From: an uncultured Chloroflexia bacterium
GTDB taxonomy: Bacteria; Chloroflexota; Limnocylindria; Limnocylindrales; CSP1-4
Reading direction: 5' to 3'
DNA: 64,000 nt
Assembly: GCA_963833225.1 (NCBI GenBank)
Contig: CAWHXD010000007.1
Location: forward strand, 224,001 to 288,000
In this document: positions 55,126 through 63,213 of the stretch, piece after piece
How positions within the stretch are numbered: the first letter of the stretch is position 1
How the letters are laid out: each line of letters opens with the position of its first letter
The notes under the pieces: generated by a model
The model's input: only the letters and a program-made list of their open reading frames with translations
Database searches by the model: none
What the model was told of the DNA's origin: nothing
Made by a program: the position numbers and the translations under genes

Positions 55126-56142
55126 ATGGTTCGGGACCGCGACGATGGTCCGCGGCTGGGACCAGACGTGAGCCTCACCGAGCCCGAGTGGGTCCGGGAT
55201 GGGCCTACGATCATCCCTGAGGCCGTCACACGGCCCCGGCTGGCCGTCACCGGCTCGCACCGCCTCTCGGTCCTGCGCTGGCAGGAGCTGATGACCTCGC
55301 CGCCCGAGCCGCCGCCGGTCCTCCGGGCCGGTATCCCGGAGGTGGGCGTCACTGTCCTTGCCGGGAGCCCGAAGGTGGGTAAGACACTCTGGAGCTCCCA
55401 GACGGCGCTGGAGATCCGCAAGCCCGTCCTGCTCGTCATCGAGGAGGGCAGCATGAGCGGGATCACCTACCGGCTGGCCAGACAGGCCGCCGCCCTCGAC
55501 ATTGCCGCGCCACCCATCGCGGTTCTGCACCGTCAGCGGATCCGCCTGGACAACCGGAGCAGCGTGGACGCCCTCCGGGCCATCGTGGCGGCCGAGCGGC
55601 CCGCGCTCGTGGTCCTGGACCCGCTCAACCGGCTCCACGGGGCCGATGAGAACCGGCCCACGCAGATGACCCCGGTCATGGACGCCATGGCCGGCATCGC
55701 CTACGACTACGGGGTCGCGGTCCTGGCGATCCACCACCTGTCCAAGCCCTCCGCCGAGCGGCGCGGGGACATCTGGGACCGCTACCGCGGCGCGTCCTCG
55801 ATCCGCTCCGGCACGGACGCCAACCTCGCGCTCGACGGGTCCGGAGACCGCGTGCGGCTGAGGGGTGAATTCCGGGATGCAGAGCCGCTGTCCGAGTACC
55901 TCGAGCTCGACCGCAACACGCTGCTATTCGGGCCGGGCGACGCCCCGGAGGCGCCGACCAAGGTGGACGCCCTCGCGCTGCGCCTGTTCGTCCAGGAGCG
56001 GACGCAGGTCACGGCGGCACAGGTCATGGCCGAGTACGCCGTGTCGAAGATGACCGCCCTTCGAGCCCTTCGAGCCCTCGGCTGTGACGAGTTCCCCGGT
56101 GTCCGCGGGACCCTGACGTTCACCCTCGGAGGTGGCTCGTGA
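55126..56142 (+). CDS. AAA_25 / RepA-type SF4 helicase with C-terminal HTH-like segment
   Basis: Walker A LAGSPKVGKT, Walker B LVVLDP, GADEN, IHHLSK, YRGASSI. Confidence 0.88.
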   Translation: MVRDRDDGPRLGPDVSLTEPEWVRDGPTIIPEAVTRPRLAVTGSHRLSVLRWQELMTSPPEPPPVLRAGIPEVGVTVLAGSPKVGKTLWSSQTALEIRKPVLLVIEEGSMSGITYRLARQAAALDIAAPPIAVLHRQRIRLDNRSSVDALRAIVAAERPALVVLDPLNRLHGADENRPTQMTPVMDAMAGIAYDYGVAVLAIHHLSKPSAERRGDIWDRYRGASSIRSGTDANLALDGSGDRVRLRGEFRDAEPLSEYLELDRNTLLFGPGDAPEAPTKVDALALRLFVQERTQVTAAQVMAEYAVSKMTALRALRALGCDEFPGVRGTLTFTLGGGS

Positions 56143-56146
56143 GCCT

Positions 56147-56300
56147 CCACCGTCCACCGTCTAACGACCGTATACCCACCGTCCATTGGACGCTGTCCAG
56201 GGACTGTCCCACCGTATCGTCACACGCCCCCTTTAGGGGGTGGGCTATGCGGTGGACGGTGGACGCCCGGAAGGGACAGTCCCAGAGGGACGACCGTATA
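56147..56300. repeat. Origin-like region with iterons and palindromes
   Basis: CCACCGT x4 plus an inverted copy, CGACCGTATA x2, inverted GGGACTGTCCC/GGGACAGTCCC, and central CCCCCTTTAGGGGG; directly after the helicase. Confidence 0.65.
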
Positions 56301-56421
56301 GCGCGCCCGGCGAAGCCATGGGGGCTTTGGCTAACTCCGCCACCCCCGCCACCCTCCACCCGCGCCTTAGGCGACTCGCTGTGAGCCTGTCCCTTTCCCG
56401 ACCCGTTTCCCAGAGGTTGAC

Positions 56422-56730
56422 ATGACCCCACCCATCCGCCCGCCCTCGCACCTGTCCAAGCCGTCCAAGGCGCTTTACATCGATGTCATGGGCAGCTACC
56501 TGCTCGAGCCCCACCACGTGGCCCTGCTCGTCAAGGCGCTGGAGGCCCGCGACCGTGCCGACCAGGCACGCGCCGAGATTGGCCGCGGACCACTCATGGT
56601 CACCTCCCGGCTCGGCGAACAGAAGCCCCACCCGCTGCTCACCGTCGAGCGGGACGCCCGCGCCCAGTTCGGCACGCTGATGAAGCAACTCGGCCTGGAC
56701 ATCGACGGCCCGCCGTCCAACCGGAGATAG
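56422..56730 (+). CDS. Phage terminase small subunit, P27 family
   Basis: PPSHLSK N-terminus; GPLMVTSRLGEQKPHPLL; FGTLMKQLGL C-terminus, typical of P27 TerS. Confidence 0.82.
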   Translation: MTPPIRPPSHLSKPSKALYIDVMGSYLLEPHHVALLVKALEARDRADQARAEIGRGPLMVTSRLGEQKPHPLLTVERDARAQFGTLMKQLGLDIDGPPSNRR

Positions 56731-56732
56731 CC

Positions 56733-56942
56733 ATGCCCTCCCCCAAGCGCCGCCCCAAGCTGCACCGCCCGCCCCCTGCCGATCTGTCCGGCCTCGCCTA
56801 CTGGGAACTCGTGGAACTCGCCAAGCGTGGCGAGATCACCTGGTCCGACATCTCGGCCGAGACCCACCGTCAGGTCCTCGCGTCCAACGGCGGCATCGAC
56901 CCCTACGCCCACCTCCGCATCGACAGGGAGCCCCTCGCATGA
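56733..56942 (+). CDS. Hypothetical protein
   Basis: SD GGAG; tightly packed between terS and the next ORF (ATGA overlap). Confidence 0.6.
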   Translation: MPSPKRRPKLHRPPPADLSGLAYWELVELAKRGEITWSDISAETHRQVLASNGGIDPYAHLRIDREPLA

Positions 56943-57180
56943 ACGCCACCGCCGCCGAAATCGCCGAGGCAATCGCCAACCTGGCCGCCGCCGCCCACCA
57001 GCGGCTCGACCGCGGCGACCTGTTCGCCCTGCTGGACGATCCGGCCGCGGAGAAGCGGGTTGACGTGGACGGAGACACCTACCGGCTCACGGCCGGCGAC
57101 GTGACCCTGTGGAAGGCCCTACGGCCGCCGTCGCCGCCGCGGTCGAGATCCTGGCCGCCAAGCGCGACAAGCTGAACTAG
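56939..57180 (+). CDS. Hypothetical protein (probable frameshift near 57120)
   Basis: SD GGGAG; MNATAAEIAEAIANLAAAAHQRLDRGDLFALLDD... Confidence 0.55.
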
Positions 57181-57184
57181 CCCG

Positions 57185-57214
57185 TTGCCGGAACGTGCGC
57201 CCTAGCGGTAACAT
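57185..57214 (+). promoter_or_regulatory. Sigma70-like promoter upstream of the capsid gene
   Basis: TTGCCG (57185-57190), 18-nt spacer, TAACAT (57209-57214). Confidence 0.55.
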
Positions 57215-57337
57215 GTTCTCGCCGCCCAGAGGGTGGCAGTCAACGGGGCAGCGCGCCCGGTGGGCCCAGAGGGCCCGTCAGGAGCAGCGCCCGCCGCCAG
57301 AGGACCGCGCCAGAGGCGAGGCCCACGAGGCAGCGGA

Positions 57338-58709
57338 ATGGCCGACCCGGCCGCCTATCTGCTGGCGATCTCGGCGCCCCTTGGAGACACCGTGACCCCG
57401 ACCAACTTCGACTACACCGCCGAGCAGCTTCGTGCGCTCGATCATGCCATCGAGGGCGCGCGTACCGTCGTCCGGCTCGATGAGATGCGAGACGACGGCA
57501 AGGAGTTGACCTTCAACCAGTCGACCGACCGCGCCGAAGCATCCGGGCGTGGAACGACGCGGCCGACATCGTGCCCAGCCTCGCCCGGTGGGAGAGCATC
57601 ACTACCGACAGCGAGGCCTTCACCCGCTCCCTGGCCACCCTCCGCATGCACCTGCAAATGGGCAAGGGCGCAGCCCTCAGGGCCGAGATGCGTGCCAACG
57701 GCGCGGCCTACCTATTCGATGGAACGCTGGACCGCCCTGGCAGCGGCAATCCCGAAGCCATCACGATGAACGACCAGATCCGCGAGCTCTTGCAGTCCGG
57801 CGAGCGGCAGCACGACTTCGAGTACCTCGAGACCGACGCCATCCGCGAAATCCGCCGTCCTTCGCCGCCGGCGAGCAGAGGGCCATTGCCAACTTCTCGG
57901 ACGCCTCATCGCTGCATGTCAACGACTTCCGGCGACAGGTGGCGATGTACGCCCGCACGGCCAGTCCGTGGCTCGGACTGGCAACCGTCGTGACCTCCGA
58001 CGCGGGCCGGCCTCTGATCGTGCCCAAGCTCACGGGTGACGGCACCGTCTACACCCCGGGTGAGGGGACTGCCGTGTCCGAGAGCTCGGCCGTGCTGGAC
58101 TCCGTCACCGTGACCCCGACCGGGTTCAAGGCGTTGACGTACATCAGCCGTGAGAGCTGGGACGATGAGGAGGTGGACCTCGGCCGCCTGCTTGCCGCCT
58201 CGCACGCGCGGGCCATCGGCCTGGCGTTCGGCTCGACCGCGACCACGGCCGTCCTGGCTGGGATCAGAACGGCGGCACCGCGTCCGGCCTCGGTGGCGAC
58301 GGTACGGCCGTCGTGCCGTTCCTGGATACGAGGACTTGATCGACCTCCAGATGGGTCGAGCAGCCCCGTACCGCGAGGGCGGTGCCTACGTGATGGCCAA
58401 CGGCGCCATCACCAAGGTCAAGAAGTTCAAGGACGGACAGGGGTCCTACCTCTGGCCGACCGGCGCCCTGCCCATCGGTGGCATGGCGTATGAGGACCCG
58501 AACCTGGCGCTCCCGCCTCGGCCACCAAGAGTGTGTGCTTCGGGGATTGGGGCGCCGCCCTGATCATCAAGGCCACGCCGATCCGGGTCGAGGTGTCGCG
58601 GGACTTCCTGTTCAACACCGACCAGGTGGCCATCAAGACCGTCCAGCGCATCGCCCTCGCGGTGCAGGACCCGGCCGCTGCCGCGTACCTCGTGAGCGCC
58701 GATACGTAG
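57338..58709 (+). CDS. HK97-fold major capsid protein with N-terminal extension (several frameshifts)
   Basis: Joined frames give LATVVTSDAGRPLIVPK, EGTAVSES, TYISRESWDDEEVDL, YEDLIDL, AYVMAN, KFKDGQGSYLW, CFGDW, VEVSRDFLFNTDQVAIK. Confidence 0.85.
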
Positions 58710-58945
58710 ATCCCCCGGACCGCCAGTACCCCTCCGGCCTGTCCACCTCAATCGCCCGCACGGGTTCCGCGTCGTCGCTCCACCTCGAAGGCGCGGCGCT
58801 CTGGCAGCAGCTTCGGGTCCGGCCGGAGCGTGCGGGCTAGGCCGTCGCTGACCGGCGGCGCAACCCCCCGTGGGGAACGCAGGACCTTCGAACGAGGTAA
58901 AGTCACGTACGGTCATGACAACGATGACGAACGACCAACCCGACA

Positions 58946-59770
58946 ATGCGTGATCGGGACCGCGACAAAGTCGCGCTCCGGGGCTCCATCGTTGACTTCG
59001 GCGATCCGCCGGTTATCGAAGTGGCCCTGTCGACCGAGATCCGTCGTTTACCGCACATGAGCCTGGTCCGCATCGTGGACGCATGGCACGAGCTGTATCA
59101 GGATCGCTTCCCGGAGGTTCAGGAACAGGCTCGCTACGCGCCCCCGCCGCTAAACGCGGAGCGCGGGCAGAGGATTTGCATGATGTCCCAACTTCCCACG
59201 CCAAGGCTGTGGTTCCTCAATCAGGCTCGAACCGACCTCATTCAGCTCCAGAACGACTGGTTTGGGCGCAACTGGCGCAAGGTTGAGGGCGCCGAGGAGT
59301 ATCCACGATACGGCGTCCTCCGCGAGGCGTTCGCCCACGACCTTGGGCTACTGCGGGACTTCACCGAGCGCAATGCGCTGGGATCTCTTGTGCCCACTAC
59401 CTGTGAGATCACGTACATCAACCACATCGAACTGGCACCAGACTTGGGTGTTGAACAGGTCCTCGGCGTGCTATCGCGGGATGGTGGAGGCTTCCTCCCC
59501 AAGATGGAGGCAGGTAGCCTGTCGGCTCGCTTCGCAATTACGGACGGCGAACACGCGCGAGGTACGCTTGCCGTCAACGCCTCGACCGCCACCCGGGCTG
59601 GCGACAATGCCAGCATTCTCGCGTTGCAGGTGACGGCTCGAGGGAACGCCACCACAGGCGATGTTGCTGGCGTGCTGCGATTTTTGGATCTCGGTCACGA
59701 ATGGGTTGTGCGTGCATTTGCGGAGTTGACGACCGAGCAGATGCACCAGCGCTGGGGGAGGACGCAATGA
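58946..59770 (+). CDS. TIGR04255-like protein
   Basis: FGDPPVIEVAL, PRLWFLN, LIQLQNDWF..NWR, YPRY, CEITYINHI, FAELTTEQMHQRW. Recognised from memory of the family pattern. Confidence 0.75.
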   Translation: MRDRDRDKVALRGSIVDFGDPPVIEVALSTEIRRLPHMSLVRIVDAWHELYQDRFPEVQEQARYAPPPLNAERGQRICMMSQLPTPRLWFLNQARTDLIQLQNDWFGRNWRKVEGAEEYPRYGVLREAFAHDLGLLRDFTERNALGSLVPTTCEITYINHIELAPDLGVEQVLGVLSRDGGGFLPKMEAGSLSARFAITDGEHARGTLAVNASTATRAGDNASILALQVTARGNATTGDVAGVLRFLDLGHEWVVRAFAELTTEQMHQRWGRTQ

Positions 59771-60284
59771 CGGCTCTGCTGCCAGAGACACGGTACCTAT
59801 CGGACCACCTGGTGAATGGCCAGTTCGAGGACTTTGCCGCCACGGGGGCCGCAACGACTGGGAGTCCGGCGTCTTTCACCTATCGCCTGGGGACAGCAGA
59901 TCTTGCTCCTTACATCGCACGCCAACGAGCTGACGAGTTCGTGTCGCGCGCGATCGAGCGACTGGAGTTGATGCGCCCGAACTGGGACGGAGACAACGGG
60001 CGGGCGATCTCGCCTCGAGCCCTTGCATACGCGGCCGGGCTGGTTCCCGATCTTGCTGCCCAGGGGGTGATGATCCCAAGCCTCGTTCCGGTGTCGGATG
60101 GCGGGATCTCGATTGAGTGGCACCGCGGGGGCCGCCAAAGCTGACCCTCTACGTCCCTCCGCGGTTCCCGGACGAGGACGCCGTCGCCTACTACCTCGAC
60201 GAGCGCACTGGCAACGAGTGGGAGGAAGCGCTGCCAGCCAACGAGTCGCGCGTTGAGGCGCACTTGGCGCAGTTCCTGGAGTAG
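59767..60284 (+). CDS. Hypothetical protein (frameshift near 60140)
   Basis: ATGA-coupled to the upstream gene. LELMRPNWDGDNGRAISP...VPVSDGGISIEWH continues as LTLYVPP...AHLAQFLE*. Confidence 0.7.
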
Positions 60285-60343
60285 CCCGATTTGGAAACGT
60301 CGACGCTGACTGGCAACGCTTCCGTGAGCCAGGGGACCGAGGT

Positions 60344-60754
60344 TTGACTGAGGCGCGGGTAGAGGCTGATGCCATCCTTCTGCGCAAGATCACTCCCGAT
60401 TGGGTGGTGCCCGACAACGAAGGTGGGTTTCGTGTGTCGAGTGCGGCGTACAGAGGCAATCGGACTGCCTCGAATTTGAGGGCGTTCTCGGTGTTCGTCG
60501 AGGCCCGGCTGACAGCGTCCGGGGCTGACGCCTCCGTACTCTTGGACGCTGATCAAGGCCTCTGGAGCGTCGTGAGCATCGACATCGGGACCGTGCGCGA
60601 AGTCGACCTTGAAGCGTGGTACCGCCCCGAAGGGGTGGACCCCATCCTAATTGAAGCCCACGCAGAGGTTGAAGGATCCATCAGCACGAAGAAGGCGTCG
60701 ACACTGGCTCGCAAGTCGCGACAGGTGATTTGGCGAGGGTCGTCGTCAGCGTGA
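60344..60754 (+). CDS. Hypothetical protein, possible ADP-ribosyltransferase-fold toxin
   Basis: Pattern LLRKI...SSAAY...FSVF...HAEV, resembling the R / S / H strands of small ART-like toxins. Confidence 0.6.
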   Translation: MTEARVEADAILLRKITPDWVVPDNEGGFRVSSAAYRGNRTASNLRAFSVFVEARLTASGADASVLLDADQGLWSVVSIDIGTVREVDLEAWYRPEGVDPILIEAHAEVEGSISTKKASTLARKSRQVIWRGSSSA

Positions 60755-60806
60755 GTGCTGGGTGCCATATCCCGCCCGCTTGCCAGTTCGCGATTGTCCT
60801 CCGGGC

Positions 60807-61055
60807 CTACGAGGGCGTTCCACCCTCGCGGATCAGCCGAAGGCACCGAGCCAGTTCCCGGATGACCCCCAGCTCGGTCGGGGCAATGGCCGTCCACTCC
60901 TGCGACCGAGCGCCCGCCTGAGCCCACTCTCGCGGATCGAAAGCGTACTGCTCCCACACATTCCGCCCCTCGTCGTAGGACGGCCGGCCCACGAACCAGC
61001 CCGGAGGCTTCGCTTCGTAGAGCTCGCTCCAGGCGGCCTCTAGGTCGGTGGGCAT
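60807..61055 (-). CDS. Hypothetical protein
   Basis: TACCAT 7 nt before the ATG; Trp-rich 82-aa ORF. Confidence 0.65.
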   Translation of the reverse strand: MPTDLEAAWSELYEAKPPGWFVGRPSYDEGRNVWEQYAFDPREWAQAGARSQEWTAIAPTELGVIRELARCLRLIREGGTPS

Positions 61056-61100
61056 GGGGCCGATGGTACGGCTATGGCGGCCTTGCGGATCAGTGGTCTG

Positions 61101-61772
61101 CTACTCGCCTGTCCTTTGGGCCATCGAGACCGCGAGCGCGAGGACCGCGACGACTGCACCTGCCACCAGTATCCACAGTCCATACCCCACCGAGGCGCGG
61201 GTGCTCTCACTGCTGGCATCTATGAGGCGGTTCGACATATTGACTAGGTCGTACGCGGACAGCGCGACGAGCACCAGGGCGCCTAGCAGTGCCAGCGGAC
61301 GGCGACGGCGGAAGCCGGTCGCCAACGGAAACGCAAGAACGGCAACCAGCACCGCAAGCCAAAGAGTCAGGACGCCGTCGCCGTCCGTGCCGGCGATAGA
61401 GAAACTGCCAAGACCGCTCTGCGCGCTGGCCCACGGCAGGACACTGCCGACTGCAGCCACAACCGCAGCACCAGCAGCCACATAGCCAAGTTGCGTCGAG
61501 GCTTGGCGAGCGAGCGTGGCGGCTACCGGATCGACCGGGACGGTCCGTATGCGGCCCCAGCTCAGGATCGCGTCCCCACCCAGCCTGTCGAGGACGGCTT
61601 CGCCAATGTTGTCGAGCGGCACCCGAATTTCGTCGCCACTCTTTGTGGACCGGATGATGACCACGCCCGGCTCGAGACGCAGCACCTCGCCACGAGTGCC
61701 GGTCGCTGGTGTCGGAACCTTGTACTTGATGCGAACACGTTGACCCGTCCGTAACTCCGGAAGGCCTGTCAT
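61101..61772 (-). CDS. Membrane protein with N-terminal SH3/KOW-like beta domain
   Basis: SD AAGGAG; GQRVRIKY..RGEVL; four C-terminal hydrophobic helices (LPW, GYGLWILV). Confidence 0.7.
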   Translation of the reverse strand: MTGLPELRTGQRVRIKYKVPTPATGTRGEVLRLEPGVVIIRSTKSGDEIRVPLDNIGEAVLDRLGGDAILSWGRIRTVPVDPVAATLARQASTQLGYVAAGAAVVAAVGSVLPWASAQSGLGSFSIAGTDGDGVLTLWLAVLVAVLAFPLATGFRRRRPLALLGALVLVALSAYDLVNMSNRLIDASSESTRASVGYGLWILVAGAVVAVLALAVSMAQRTGE

Positions 61773-61916
61773 CCCATGCTCCTTTGACACCTCGGTCTTC
61801 GCGACCGGCTCGACGGGTGGTTGCCTGTGAGGCCAGCCTACGCGGATCGCGGCGATGCCGAAGCGTTCGGGCGGGGTCTCCTTCCATGCGCCCGATGCGT
61901 GACCCGCAAAGTTGAC

Positions 61917-61929
61917 AGGGGGCACGTCC
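61917..61929 (+). repeat. attR core AGGGGGCACGTCC
   Basis: Exact match to 53083-53095. Its first base completes TTGACA (61912-61917). Confidence 0.88.
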
Positions 61930-62052
61930 TTCCGCACGGGTGTCCGGTTCAAACCCTATCCGCCGCCACTTATCTGCCACTTACGCGGAGGGTGGTACTG
62001 GGCGCTCCCGCGGGAGTCAGGCTAGGATCGGCCCCCGACACCGAGGAGCCGA

Positions 62053-62679
62053 ATGGTCGAGGATCCCTTCCCGCGCGAGCGCGTTGCCGCCACCCTGCGC
62101 CGGATGCCCGCGTACCTGAAGCTCGCCTGGCGTCTGGGCCGTGATCCGCTGCTCAGCCGCGTGCGGCGGACGGCCATCGTCGCGGCGGCCGGCTACCTCG
62201 CCTCGCCCATCGACCTCGTCCCCGGGGTCATCCCGCTCCTTGGGCAGCTCGACGACATCGCGGTCGTGCTGGCCACCCTGCGGTTCGCGCTCGCGGGGCT
62301 CGACGCGGAGCGACGCCACATGCATCTCGAGGCTGTGGGGCTTGGTGACGACAACCTGAACGAGGACCTGCGGACGGTGGCGGTGACGAGCGCCTGGCTG
62401 GTCCGCGCCGGCGCGAGGACCACGGGCCGGGCCGTGGTGCGGGGTGGGAGGCTGGCCGCGCGCGGCGCGAAGGTGGCCGGCAGGGCGTCGATCAGCCTTG
62501 CCTCGGCAACCCGGCGGGCGACGTCGAGGGCGACGCCGGTGGTGAGGGATGCGGCCGGGCGGGGAGTGGGAGCCGCGAAAGGGCTGGCGTCGCACCGCGC
62601 GAGCCGTGCCCTCGAGGACGAGCAGCTCGCCGTCGACGTGGACGATGCCCCCGGCGCGGAGGAGCCGCCGACGGCGTAG
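62053..62679 (+). CDS. YkvA/DUF1232 family protein
   Basis: YLASPIDLVPGVIPLLGQLDD; SD GAGGAG. Confidence 0.9.
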   Translation: MVEDPFPRERVAATLRRMPAYLKLAWRLGRDPLLSRVRRTAIVAAAGYLASPIDLVPGVIPLLGQLDDIAVVLATLRFALAGLDAERRHMHLEAVGLGDDNLNEDLRTVAVTSAWLVRAGARTTGRAVVRGGRLAARGAKVAGRASISLASATRRATSRATPVVRDAAGRGVGAAKGLASHRASRALEDEQLAVDVDDAPGAEEPPTA

Positions 62680-62712
62680 GGCCGAACATCGGCTGCCTCC
62701 TCGAGGGCAACG

Positions 62713-62961
62713 CTACGCTGCCCGGCCCTCCAGGCGCGCCGCGGCTGTGCACGCGCCATCGGACAGCATGTGCGCGACGCTCGCGACCCGACGCAGCGCG
62801 CCGGCGAACGCCCGCCGCAGCGGCCCGGGGCCCGACGGACGGCCGACGGGAACCATCGGCGCTGACCCCGCATCGAAGATCCGGTTGAGCGCCGCGAGCT
62901 CGGCTTCCTGTCGGCGGTCGTGGATGATGTCCTGGGCGAGCATCGCGTAGATCTGCCACAT
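62713..62961 (-). CDS. Small hypothetical protein
   Basis: SD GGAGGAG; MWQIYAMLAQDIIHDRRQEAELAA... Confidence 0.65.
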   Translation of the reverse strand: MWQIYAMLAQDIIHDRRQEAELAALNRIFDAGSAPMVPVGRPSGPGPLRRAFAGALRRVASVAHMLSDGACTAAARLEGRAA

Positions 62962-62977
62962 GCCTGGAGCTCCTCCG

Positions 62978-63100
62978 TCAGTGTCCGAATGAGTGGTTGT
63001 GATCGGTGTGCTCGAAGCCGTCACGGCTCTCTGCCGCGCCGGCAAGCGCGGCGACGACGAGCACCGCGAACAGGGCGATGACCATGATCAGGGCGTCCAT
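62978..63100 (-). CDS. 40-aa membrane peptide (not in the ORF track)
   Basis: SD GGAGGT; MDALIMVIALFAVLVVAALAGAAESRDGFEHTDHNHSFGH*. Confidence 0.65.
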   Translation of the reverse strand: MDALIMVIALFAVLVVAALAGAAESRDGFEHTDHNHSFGH

Positions 63101-63126
63101 CGGGGGACCTCCGTGGGGCGGGTCAG

Positions 63127-63205
63127 GTAACCGGCACAAAGGACTTCAACAGTTACGAACGATAGCGGCTTGCAAGTAACCTGTCAAGTGGTATAACGTG
63201 GTTAC
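63127..63205. promoter_or_regulatory. Two GTAAC-N20-GTTAC inverted-repeat boxes
   Basis: 63127-63156 and 63176-63205, each 30 bp, in a divergent intergenic region. Confidence 0.7.
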
Positions 63206-63213
63206 CGACAGTT

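Larger units (their letters stand above)
53083..61929. mobile_element. Integrated phage-satellite-like element (~8.85 kb) with a large serine recombinase
   Basis: Bounded by identical 13-bp direct repeats. Contains integrase, helicase, origin-like region, TerS, capsid and cargo genes. Flanked by host genes (comEA; DUF1232). Confidence 0.88.

Noticed and set aside
56139-56425. Short ORFs 56139-56384 and 56240-56425
   Set aside because: They run through the iteron/palindrome cluster and have no protein-like features; the region is better explained as non-coding.
53083-61929. Complete prophage or encapsulin locus
   Set aside because: It is too small and lacks TerL, portal, tail and lysis genes for a prophage. 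The capsid sits with TerS, helicase and integrase rather than with encapsulin cargo enzymes.
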